Source: a virus. From it: 64,000 bases of DNA. Location of the stretch: IMG/VR virus record IMGVR_UViG_3300037961_005793, positions 1 through 64,000 of that record; one strand, written 5' to 3'. Shown piece after piece: positions 1-8,268 of the stretch. Each line of letters opens with the position of its first letter. Position 1 is the stretch's first letter. The notes under the pieces are model-generated. The model did no database searches. It saw only the letters and a list, made by a program, of their open reading frames with translations, and was not told the DNA's origin. The translations under genes were made by a program, and so were the position numbers.

Positions 1-2213
1 ATCCACATAGCTGGGGGGACATTAAGTCCATGACCAACTGAATAATTAGAGCTAGTTTGTGCAGGAGTCGTCGCAGTCAGTACAGAAAATCCAGCAGACG
101 CATTGGCGCGGACACTAGAAGTGATGCTGCCGTCAGTGTTGCTAACCGTTGACGTTCCAGCGTCCCAGGTCCACGCAACCCAGGTTCCAGATCCATTTGC
201 ACCTGTATCAGTACCTAAGCTGAAACCGTCGCTATTAAATGCAGTAACACCAGAGACTGTTTGTTCAGCAGAAGTACTATTACTGCTTAAGTAATTATTG
301 GCACCTCTAATAATGTCAAACAATCCGTGACTTGAAGCTGCGCTGCGGTGTTTGTACCACACAAAATCAGGGCTGTGGTTGATGCCAGAAATGGTTTGAG
401 CGGTTCCGCCATTTCCGTTGTACAAAGTTACACCCATCGCCGTCGAGCCGTCGGCAATCGTTGGGTCGGCGAGATTCTGTGAGCAGGGTGACAAATGGTC
501 TGTTGGTGGTGTAAAGGCAAACTGGTGTTGGCCGAAGTTAGCCACAAACACTGTTGTGTTAACGCTACTGCCAGCCGAAACTGCAGGATGCCATGGTCCA
601 AGCGTTGGGTCAGGATTAAATGCAACGCCTTGACTGACTCCGTTCTTGTAAAAAGTAATAGTTTTGGTTGCTGAATCTAAATCAAGAGCAACACCAATAA
701 TATCTCTGTATGTATAAGTTGCGCCGTAAGGACTGTCTACGCCAGAGGTATTGCCACCCTGTTTGTAACCAGTAACGCTGTAGTAAGCCATAGCACCAGC
801 GCCGTTCAAGTTGTCGGTTTTTGCTTTGGTGTTTAAAGCAATGCCAATCATCCCAGGCGTAGTACCGGGTGCTGGATATACTTCCCAATACCACTTACCA
901 GAAGTAAAACCAAACGTAGCTTGGTAGTGTTTATTTCCAGCATTAGTCTCAAGCTCTAGATTGCCTTCGGAAAAAGTACCGTCGCTTTGGTATAGAGGGT
1001 TCCAAGTGCAATAGTTACCGCCGTTATTACCGGAGTCTGCTTCGTAATTTGTCGGTGTATCGATCAGGCTGTCAATTGTTACAGGCTCTAATTCTGTATA
1101 CCCGGTTTGAACCACACCGTTGACTTCAATTGCATAAAGACGTACCACACCATTACCAGGTTGAGAAATACCGATAATGTTATATACGTCTATTGCAGAG
1201 CCAGAATACACACTCTTCCACTCTGCGGTGGTTGAACCAGATCCTATACTCGTGTTGTTATATCCATAATTAGAGGTCCCGTACCAATACAACCGAAGAC
1301 TGGTTACGCCAGTTATAGGTGGATTGAAATGGATTTTGCTTGTAGTTCCGTTGTTATATGTGCCGTCAGCGTATGTACCTGTGTTTCCGTCGAACGCATT
1401 TGCGATGCTACCCCAACCGGTGTTGTCAGGTTTTTTATCTAAAAAAGTTTTAGTGGAAGGGCCGTAAGTAATATTATTACTCGTCCAATTATTTCCATTA
1501 CCCGAAGAATCGGTTCCCAGTGCAGAGTTGCTGCTGTTGTCTGCAAACTTCAGATGAAAACCATTAGTTCCAAATGTTAAACCAGATGTATCTTTCGGGT
1601 TCCAGTTGTCATCGGAGTCGTATGCACCGAAGTCAGATGCTGCAAGTGCTTGACCATCGATAAAATTTACTTCGGCTAGGTAAAAATTACTTTTAGCGTC
1701 TGCGTTTTCAGAAATAGCGCCAATAGTGTGACGAACCCCTTGGTTGATCCCGTAATCTCCATTTTGCGATAAAGCGTTTTCTGTTGCCTTAGTTAATTGC
1801 TGTCCATTGACATACATCTTAATTTGATCACCTGCACTTGACTGCGTGGAATCAAAAGAAATAACTACGTGGTACCAAGCCGAATAATCTCTGAAAACCC
1901 CACTACTTTTCGCCCAAAGAGTATTCCAACCAGTGACTCTTAAAGAATCATCGCTTTCAAATTCAATAGACGTAAATCCAGTGTCAGACTGAGATGTCCC
2001 GCCGCCAAACAGGACACCGCGTGAAGACTTAAATTTTTTTACCCACCCGCTCCAAGTCCACGTCTTGCGATTACTTGCAGACGACGGAGTTCTATCAAAA
2101 TGTGTACTGTCAGAAGTGTTAAACCGCAAGCTACGAGTAACTTGAAGGGGTGTAGCCCCACCAGATTGAGCAGCGGCTGCTTCAAAAAACTGTTGAGCCT
2201 GACCAGGAATCAT
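1..2213 (-). CDS. Tail fibre / receptor-binding protein with LamG(ConA)-like and SPRY-like domains, runs off the window edge
   Basis: Not in the ORF track because it has no stop in the window. ATG at 2213 overlaps the upstream stop (ATGA). Reads MIPGQAQQFFEAAAAQSGG...RSLRFN...NRKTWTWSGWVKK and, in the same frame at the edge, ...SVGHGLNVPPAMW; these are motifs of marine phage lectin-like fibres. Confidence 0.8.
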   Translation of the reverse strand, partial: MIPGQAQQFFEAAAAQSGGATPLQVTRSLRFNTSDSTHFDRTPSSASNRKTWTWSGWVKKFKSSRGVLFGGGTSQSDTGFTSIEFESDDSLRVTGWNTLWAKSSGVFRDYSAWYHVVISFDSTQSSAGDQIKMYVNGQQLTKATENALSQNGDYGINQGVRHTIGAISENADAKSNFYLAEVNFIDGQALAASDFGAYDSDDNWNPKDTSGLTFGTNGFHLKFADNSSNSALGTDSSGNGNNWTSNNITYGPSTKTFLDKKPDNTGWGSIANAFDGNTGTYADGTYNNGTTSKIHFNPPITGVTSLRLYWYGTSNYGYNNTSIGSGSTTAEWKSVYSGSAIDVYNIIGISQPGNGVVRLYAIEVNGVVQTGYTELEPVTIDSLIDTPTNYEADSGNNGGNYCTWNPLYQSDGTFSEGNLELETNAGNKHYQATFGFTSGKWYWEVYPAPGTTPGMIGIALNTKAKTDNLNGAGAMAYYSVTGYKQGGNTSGVDSPYGATYTYRDIIGVALDLDSATKTITFYKNGVSQGVAFNPDPTLGPWHPAVSAGSSVNTTVFVANFGQHQFAFTPPTDHLSPCSQNLADPTIADGSTAMGVTLYNGNGGTAQTISGINHSPDFVWYKHRSAASSHGLFDIIRGANNYLSSNSTSAEQTVSGVTAFNSDGFSLGTDTGANGSGTWVAWTWDAGTSTVSNTDGSITSSVRANASAGFSVLTATTPAQTSSNYSVGHGLNVPPAMW

Positions 2214-2986
2214 GACAGATTTAAGACAGCAACGCTTTGAATTTCAGTCGGGGACGAAACATAAAACGAGATTACGTCAACCCCGCTCGCAGCCGTAGTG
2301 AGAGTCGGTGCGGTGCCTCCGGCAAAACCAAAAACAGCGTTATACGATATGGTTCTCGAACCAGTGCCATCCTGGCGAATCGTAATAGCGCCACACTGGC
2401 CGCCGCTTGCGTTAGTTGGCGCACCTAAAGTGCCGTTTCCGTCGAGAGTAAATTCAAAATTATTTGCTGACCCAAAATCTAAAGTGATGGTGCCGTTTCG
2501 AACGCCCTGATTACCAACTTCACCAATCGATTGATCCTTGATGGTTACGGTTCCTGTAATAGGTCCACCCGTCTTGTCGTATTTACCTGAGACGTCAGTA
2601 AGTGCTGCGTTACCTGAAGCAAGGGCAGCTGACGCATCAACAATCGCAGCATTACCTGAAGCAAGTGCTGCAGCAGCGTCAACAAGAGCGGCATTGCCAG
2701 AAGCCTGAGCAGCGTTACCTGAAGCAATTGCAAGAGAAATACCTGCGTTACCTGAGGCGAGTGCTTCTAAAGAATCAGTTAAAGCAGCATTGCCGGAAGC
2801 TAGTGCTTCCACAGCGATTTCAAGTGCTGCTCCGCCAGAAGCAGATGGGTGATATCTATTATCTAATACGTCAATTCCGATTCGTTTGTTATCGAAAGTT
2901 GCGCCCGAAACAGTAACAAGCGCCAGGATATCGCCCGACGCAACGGTCGTTTGAGCTGGGAATTGGGATATCTTCTGGCTAGGCAT
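2210..2986 (-). CDS. Tail fibre-associated structural protein with ASGNA repeats
   Basis: KISQF N-terminus, six ASGNA repeats, C-terminal RQDGTGSRT...APTLTTAASGVDV domain common in phage fibres. Confidence 0.7.
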   Translation of the reverse strand: MPSQKISQFPAQTTVASGDILALVTVSGATFDNKRIGIDVLDNRYHPSASGGAALEIAVEALASGNAALTDSLEALASGNAGISLAIASGNAAQASGNAALVDAAAALASGNAAIVDASAALASGNAALTDVSGKYDKTGGPITGTVTIKDQSIGEVGNQGVRNGTITLDFGSANNFEFTLDGNGTLGAPTNASGGQCGAITIRQDGTGSRTISYNAVFGFAGGTAPTLTTAASGVDVISFYVSSPTEIQSVAVLNLS

Positions 2987-2988
2987 AA

Positions 2989-3477
2989 TTAGAGAGCACC
3001 TTCTGTGTCAATTCTAAAGCCATCTTCATCTAGGATAGCATCAACAACCAGACCAGATGCGCTCTCCATAAGAATAATCGAAGTGGTGTTATTAATAAAA
3101 ATTGGACGTTTAAGTTCAACAGCAACACGATCTGCAGTTAAAGCTGTTCCGATTCGAGTTAAATAAAGACCAACAGCAGAAGTATTCTCAACACCAGAAG
3201 CAAAAACAGAGTACTCAGCTAACTCACCATCATCAGATGGGTGTAAAAACAGTGCTGTGCCTGGGGTAAAAGTTGCACTAGGAATAACTGAAACGGAGTC
3301 AACATTACATCTAAAACTCTGACCTTCAGTAACTGTATCTTGAGCAACACCAGCGACTGCAGCTAGTTGTAAATCGCCACCGTCAGCTTGAGCTGGTAAA
3401 GCCAGACCAGAAGTGTTGATATAAACTGCCTGACCAGCAGTAATAGTCCCACCTGCAACAAGACTGACGATCGCCAT
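2989..3477 (-). CDS. Putative virion structural protein
   Basis: 162 aa, AGGTITAGQAVYI beta-rich motif, tightly packed in the tail operon. Confidence 0.6.
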   Translation of the reverse strand: MAIVSLVAGGTITAGQAVYINTSGLALPAQADGGDLQLAAVAGVAQDTVTEGQSFRCNVDSVSVIPSATFTPGTALFLHPSDDGELAEYSVFASGVENTSAVGLYLTRIGTALTADRVAVELKRPIFINNTTSIILMESASGLVVDAILDEDGFRIDTEGAL

Positions 3478-3501
3478 TTTTATTTACTATTTACCATCAC
3501 T

Positions 3502-3621
3502 TTAGCGTCCCTGACCCCGCAATTTTTTCTTACCTTTACGCTTAGGACGAGAGTTAGTTCCTTGCCCTTGGCAAGTCGTTTTCGGACGTGAAGCGATGTA
3601 GTTGCCGTTTTTGGATGCCAT
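3502..3621 (-). CDS. Small basic protein of the cyanophage ...RGQG type
   Basis: MASKNGNYIASRPKTTCQGQGTNSRPKRKGKKKLRGQGR (39 aa); TAATAT 21 nt upstream. Confidence 0.7.
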   Translation of the reverse strand: MASKNGNYIASRPKTTCQGQGTNSRPKRKGKKKLRGQGR

Positions 3622-3645
3622 GAGTTTGGAACGAGCGCCCTGATA

Positions 3646-4452
3646 TTAGGTGCTAATCCAGGAAGTGCCATTCCAAACTTTAAGTGCTGAATCAATCGTG
3701 TCGTACCAACCAGCACCTGCGACGGGAGGACTCGGAGGAGCTGCACCGTACGCAACACTGCGCTGAGGTCCAGTCTCATACCAACCACTTGTAGTCTCGT
3801 CGTAAACAAACAGAGAGCCCACAAGCTGGTTAAACCAGATGTTTCCGTGACGAGGAGGTGCGTTGAGGTTATCTCCCGAGGGAGGAATATCGCTCATAAG
3901 AGCAATACCTTCTGCGTTGGTTTGATACCAAGCACCTGAAGCACCTGCAACTCCAGACACAAACACAAACAAGCGACCTTGGTTTGTATCGAACCAAGCG
4001 TCCCCGTTATTGTGTGCTCCGTCTCCTGGTGAGCCGGAAGCAACGATGGTTCCTCCAGTTGAGGCAGAACCACTGATGACTGCAGTATTTCCGTCGTAGT
4101 TAAGGGAAACAGATCCCTCAGCCCGAGCATCTAAATTAAATAAGACAAGATCACCGCTGATCGAAGCATATAAACCAGAACCAGGAGCAACGCCTGAAGT
4201 GACAATAGGGCTTCCTCCGCCGCCCTGAATACCACTAGCAGTAAGGTTCAAATCTTCTAAAGCCCTTACTATGCCTTCGAAGTTATAGGGATATCCGTAA
4301 GGACAGCGAGAAAAAGAGGTAGTGCCCACGCCAGAAATCGTGTCGATTATTTCCTCGATAACGGTGACGATACCGAAAAAATTGTGCGGATGTAACGCCC
4401 TAGGAGGTGCCCCATGTAAAGGACACGGAGGCGAATTTACTTCTTCGGGCAT
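3646..4452 (-). CDS. Virion structural/tail protein
   Basis: Three G-x-x-W-[FY]-[DN]...L-x-V-x...W repeats; GGAGG RBS and TAGAAT upstream. Confidence 0.7.
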   Translation of the reverse strand: MPEEVNSPPCPLHGAPPRALHPHNFFGIVTVIEEIIDTISGVGTTSFSRCPYGYPYNFEGIVRALEDLNLTASGIQGGGGSPIVTSGVAPGSGLYASISGDLVLFNLDARAEGSVSLNYDGNTAVISGSASTGGTIVASGSPGDGAHNNGDAWFDTNQGRLFVFVSGVAGASGAWYQTNAEGIALMSDIPPSGDNLNAPPRHGNIWFNQLVGSLFVYDETTSGWYETGPQRSVAYGAAPPSPPVAGAGWYDTIDSALKVWNGTSWIST

Positions 4453-4478
4453 TCAATACTCAACCTCCTTATGGAATT

Positions 4479-4628
4479 CTACCTCTTGATTACATGTTTT
4501 TTATTGTCTTCTTGATGAAAAGCATACTCCTCAGCCAATTTCCATGCAGGAATGCCTAAAGTAGATGCCCGCTCTTTCAGTAACTGCCAGGACAAATCAG
4601 AACCTAGCTTGACATCTGAATCAGACAT
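4479..4628 (-). CDS. Small hypothetical protein
   Basis: MSDSDVKLGSDLSWQLLKERASTLGIPAWKLAEEY... (49 aa); TAAGAT 21 nt upstream. Confidence 0.55.
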   Translation of the reverse strand: MSDSDVKLGSDLSWQLLKERASTLGIPAWKLAEEYAFHQEDNKKHVIKR

Positions 4629-4972
4629 GGTGTTCAGTGTATTTCTTGAATCTTAAACTAATTGGTACAAGACTGCTGGCCCACAAAGCTCGCGTCAGAG
4701 TCCTTGCACAAAAACTTTCTCTGTGAGCCGTAGATTTACCCTTAATTGTCGCTAAATTCGTGTATTTATATACGTATAAAATAATCGTATAGGAAAAAAA
4801 AGCGGTTTTTTGTCAAGTGACGCTTGTAGTCAGGTTTTAAAAAACTGAATTCAGCGCCAAACGCAGGCAAAACCCTCTTCTTATAAAAAGTCTTTTATCT
4901 ATGGCTTTTTGAGGATACCTACCCTTCTATGCGCTGTATGCGCTTCTTGCGTCGGTGTGCTAGCTTTAGATC

Positions 4973-5650
4973 ATGAACACCAACATCGATTTCAAAACAA
5001 GGGATGTGAGAGCGGCTCAGCTCTTCCGTCTACTTTCTCCTCCTCCGCCTCCACAGCCGTCCGGTGTCCCCAACGACACAGAGGTCGTCGGTAACTGGAA
5101 AGTGGAGCACTACGACGAAGCAGTCAGATGGACCTGTCTTTGCAGGCGTTCTGAGCCTTTCCTCATGCGCCCTAAAGACGTCCCTAAGGTCAAACTCCCC
5201 TTAGGTGTTGCAGCCTGCGAGGTTTGTCGTGCAGAACTTTCTTCAGCTAACTCACGTTGGAAAAGGATCGACGCTTGGCTTGAACGCTGTCGCTTCACAC
5301 TCGAAGAAGGCAGATGTCTCGAAAGAGACGACACGCCCAAACCCAACCCAAGACTCTTAAGACGCGTATATGAACGCTTTTGGAAAAAATCTGTGGGGTC
5401 TGCGGACTGTGTGAAGTCTGTGTGCTCTAATCCAAATTGTATCAATCCCTACCATCTATGTCTCGTAAAAACACCAGCAAGTCGTCTAACCAAGGAATCA
5501 GAAGAGTTTCTCAAACAGATCCTCCTTGCGGGGGCGACGACAGATACAGCTCTTCAGCTACTGCGAGAGAAGCACTCTTCCGAGTTGTCCAGGAGATCGA
5601 TTCAAAGAATAAGAAAAGATCTAAACAAGTCCAAAAACTGCGCTGGCTGA
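4973..5650 (+). CDS. Zn-binding protein with degenerate HNH (His-Me finger) and C-terminal HTH
   Basis: CLC/CEVC pairs, VKSVCSNPNCINPYHL, helical C-terminus LSRRSIQRIRK. Confidence 0.65.
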   Translation: MNTNIDFKTRDVRAAQLFRLLSPPPPPQPSGVPNDTEVVGNWKVEHYDEAVRWTCLCRRSEPFLMRPKDVPKVKLPLGVAACEVCRAELSSANSRWKRIDAWLERCRFTLEEGRCLERDDTPKPNPRLLRRVYERFWKKSVGSADCVKSVCSNPNCINPYHLCLVKTPASRLTKESEEFLKQILLAGATTDTALQLLREKHSSELSRRSIQRIRKDLNKSKNCAG

Positions 5651-5865
5651 TTTATGAGCTACAGTCGCTACAACCTACGGACGTCCTGACACTTTCTTCT
5701 TCTTTAGGTCAGTGTGAAAACACGACAAGATCCCAGCTTAAAAAGCTTGAGAAACTAGATCTTGTAATTTCAACTCGATTTGAGTTCCACAATCTCTACT
5801 GCATCAATGGCGACTTCAACCAATTCATCCAGGATATTCTCAAACATTTCTTCAGCGGAACCTAA
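5458..5865 (+). CDS. Winged-helix (ArsR-like) DNA-binding protein, start uncertain
   Basis: LSSSLGQCENTTRSQLKKLEKLDLVISTR...LYCIN wHTH pattern; nearest ATG is 5458. Confidence 0.55.
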   Translation: MSRKNTSKSSNQGIRRVSQTDPPCGGDDRYSSSATAREALFRVVQEIDSKNKKRSKQVQKLRWLIYELQSLQPTDVLTLSSSLGQCENTTRSQLKKLEKLDLVISTRFEFHNLYCINGDFNQFIQDILKHFFSGT

Positions 5866-6268
5866 ACCACGCCGCGAGTCTCTCTGGCCTGAGAAGTACA
5901 TCATCGATAACCTTCCTCCTTGGATTTACTCCGACAACCAACCGCCTTCAACAAAAGCTGAGTGTGCTGCAAAGATTTCTTCTATCGAGTACACCATTGC
6001 AGATATCGACATCCAGATGGAGATTCGTCAGTCTGAGATGTCGATCGGTAAAAGTCGGTATGACAACACATATGACTTTGAAAAGTGGAGGTTAGGTGCG
6101 CTCAAAGCAAAACAAAGTCAGTACTACTTACTTAATGCCTATCGTTACTGGCAGGTACTTAATGACAACAAGTACGATGAAGAAGACACCAAGCTAAATA
6201 AACTTATCAAGCTTCTTATCGAAGATCCTAAGGATTTTGTTCAGTTAGCTGAACGATTACTAGACTGA
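5807..6268 (+). CDS. Hypothetical helical protein
   Basis: ORF track frame 5780-6268, ATG at 5807. Confidence 0.65.
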   Translation: MATSTNSSRIFSNISSAEPKPRRESLWPEKYIIDNLPPWIYSDNQPPSTKAECAAKISSIEYTIADIDIQMEIRQSEMSIGKSRYDNTYDFEKWRLGALKAKQSQYYLLNAYRYWQVLNDNKYDEEDTKLNKLIKLLIEDPKDFVQLAERLLD

Positions 6269-6272
6269 TTGC

Positions 6273-6434
6273 GATCGTTTCGTAAGAACCGGCTTAACGA
6301 TCAAAGAGGGTTGGGGTAGCATTTTTCCGGTTTCTGCCCCCACGCAAGTCGCTCTGGTTGCCTGGTATCGGGTGATCGAGAGGAGCCCTCATGCACTTGC
6401 ACGTTCTAAAAACCCTGCTAACGTGCTGGTGCGT
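6273..6434 (+). ncRNA. Candidate structured RNA / cis-regulatory leader
   Basis: Five stems with many plus-strand G-U pairs; loop-loop complementarity AACCGG/CCGGTT. Confidence 0.55.
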
Positions 6435-6444
6435 GATAAATCAC

Positions 6445-6771
6445 ATGGACAACCCTCAACTCACAAAAGCTTTCAAAGAAATTTCAATTGCCTTAACAAA
6501 CATTGACATCTCTCTTCAGCTTCTCAGCGCAGACAAACAACGGCGTACTACAGCTTTCGTAAACAAAAAAGCAGTCGCTCAAAGACTCGGGGTTCCTTCA
6601 GTCACAGTCGACAAATTAATTTATCAAGGCATATCCTCCGGAGGTAACTCAGGACTCGTGGAGGGTAAGCACTACACAAAACTGGATCCAGCTGAGAACA
6701 ACCCTGCGAAGTTTCTGTATGATGTTCATGAAATTCTTCAAGCAGCTTGGAGCAACTTTAAATATGACTGA
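6445..6771 (+). CDS. HTH / excisionase-like DNA-binding protein
   Basis: FVNKKAVAQRLGVPSVTVDKLI...LVEGKHY. Confidence 0.6.
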   Translation: MDNPQLTKAFKEISIALTNIDISLQLLSADKQRRTTAFVNKKAVAQRLGVPSVTVDKLIYQGISSGGNSGLVEGKHYTKLDPAENNPAKFLYDVHEILQAAWSNFKYD

Positions 6772-7180
6772 ATTTAGTAAGAACGCCCAAAAGATCCAAG
6801 CTCTCTTTAAAGGCACAGAGACTGAGAGGATGCTTTCTGCGGGCATTATCCGCACCATCTTGTCAGATATGATCGATATTTACTTTCGAAACAGAAGCGC
6901 TAGAGGTCCTGGATGTCTCGTTTTTAATCCAGAAGATCCCACATCGAGTAAATACGTCACTACATACGACCTTGAGCAAGATTTAGCAATCGCTCAAGAA
7001 GCTATGGACGAAAACTTTAGTGGAATGTTTGAGCAGGTCATTAAGGTTATTGAGAAAGAAGATAACGAGGATGTGGCTATTGTCGCCATGATCCATGACG
7101 ACGGTATGCATATCCATCTTTTGGATGCTATTGAAGCAAACAAAAGAATCGACGAAGCATCCAACGGTCTTATTCTCTGA
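6764..7180 (+). CDS. Hypothetical protein
   Basis: MTEFSKNAQ..., overlaps the previous stop. Confidence 0.65.
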   Translation: MTEFSKNAQKIQALFKGTETERMLSAGIIRTILSDMIDIYFRNRSARGPGCLVFNPEDPTSSKYVTTYDLEQDLAIAQEAMDENFSGMFEQVIKVIEKEDNEDVAIVAMIHDDGMHIHLLDAIEANKRIDEASNGLIL

Positions 7181-7183
7181 ACC

Positions 7184-7453
7184 ATGCCACACGTTTCCCA
7201 AGGTAGAGCAAAACCCAAGTTCAAAGTGGGCGACAAGGTCAAGGAAAAAAGTCGAATCAACAACGTTTGGGTAACCGCCAACGCTGCTTGTAAATCAAAG
7301 TGGTTCAAAGACAGAACTGTCGGCATCGTTCAAGAGGTCTTTACAAAACCTACGAAGGGTGGTGCCCAGTACTTTTATGTAAAAGTTGCTTGGCTTAATT
7401 CGAATCACGTCAGCACTCACAGTCAAATGAGACTTGAAGCTGTTGAAGATTAA
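7184..7453 (+). CDS. Hypothetical protein (SH3/KOW-like)
   Basis: PKFKVGDKVKEK...GIVQEV. Confidence 0.6.
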   Translation: MPHVSQGRAKPKFKVGDKVKEKSRINNVWVTANAACKSKWFKDRTVGIVQEVFTKPTKGGAQYFYVKVAWLNSNHVSTHSQMRLEAVED

Positions 7454-8028
7454 TGCTGGCGTCAAAAGATTTTGTCTCTCCTCCAGAACTTGTTGCTGCT
7501 GCAGCTTCTTTGTTTGGTGGAGAGATAAGTCTTGATCCGGCTAGCAGTAAACACGCTAACGAAGTTGTACAAGCGCAAAGATATTTCAACTGGAAGGACA
7601 ACGGTTTAAAACAAGACTGGAAAAGCAAAAACGTATATCTTTACCCTCCAAGAGATATATCACTCAAAGCTGAGCAACCTAAATCAGACAGGTTATTTAC
7701 AAAAACCTCTTACTTCAAAAAATCAAACCAGAGAGTTTGGCTTGAAGTTGCGTATAAGAAATGGCTCAAACAAGAGTTTGATGAGGCCATAGTTTTTATA
7801 ACCTCATCTGAAGTAGCTCTTATATCCACGCAGAAAACCGGTATCGATTTACCGATGTGTGTTCTTAAAGAACATCCAAGGTTGCTTCACGACAGCGAAA
7901 AACTTGAGCCTTTAAAGCACTCAAAAGTGTTTGGTTTCGTTTTTTATATGCCTTCTACTCAGGACTATCAGAAAAGAATCCATGATTTTCACCAACAATA
8001 TAGTGACCTCGGTCGTGTATTCCTATAA
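7453..8028 (+). CDS. Phage Dam-family N6-adenine methyltransferase-like protein, catalytic motif degenerate
   Basis: LDPASS...DNGLKQDW...VYLYPPR where NPPY is expected. Confidence 0.7.
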   Translation: MLASKDFVSPPELVAAAASLFGGEISLDPASSKHANEVVQAQRYFNWKDNGLKQDWKSKNVYLYPPRDISLKAEQPKSDRLFTKTSYFKKSNQRVWLEVAYKKWLKQEFDEAIVFITSSEVALISTQKTGIDLPMCVLKEHPRLLHDSEKLEPLKHSKVFGFVFYMPSTQDYQKRIHDFHQQYSDLGRVFL

Positions 8029-8266
8029 GACTTTCTTGCGAACCCCAAGACTCATCCGGTCCATAAGTGTCGTAGGCTCCGAAACCAATCCCCACGGGGC
8101 GTGACTTTTGCATCGATTGACGCTTTTCATTCCTTAAAGCTGCTCGATCTGCTGCTTCAGAGAACAATTTTCCTGCCAATCTGAAAGCAGGATTTCTCCC
8201 TACATGCTCAGAGCGTCTGAATATATTACGCTCTGATCTTTTTTCTACAGCACTTCGAGACAGCAT
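7955..8266 (-). CDS. Hypothetical late protein
   Basis: 103 aa directly after 8269-9123; contains RLAG. Confidence 0.55.
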   Translation of the reverse strand: MLSRSAVEKRSERNIFRRSEHVGRNPAFRLAGKLFSEAADRAALRNEKRQSMQKSRPVGIGFGAYDTYGPDESWGSQESLIGIHDRGHYIVGENHGFFSDSPE

Positions 8267-8268
8267 TA

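Noticed and set aside
103-894. Short track ORFs at 103-894
   Set aside because: Alternative-frame or antisense shadows of the tail fibre gene 1-2213
4875-4913. Similarity to 50984-51021 (CTCTT..TA..AAAAGT.TTTTAT...TTTTGAG)
   Set aside because: Low-complexity AT-rich match that needs gaps; cannot be distinguished from chance by eye
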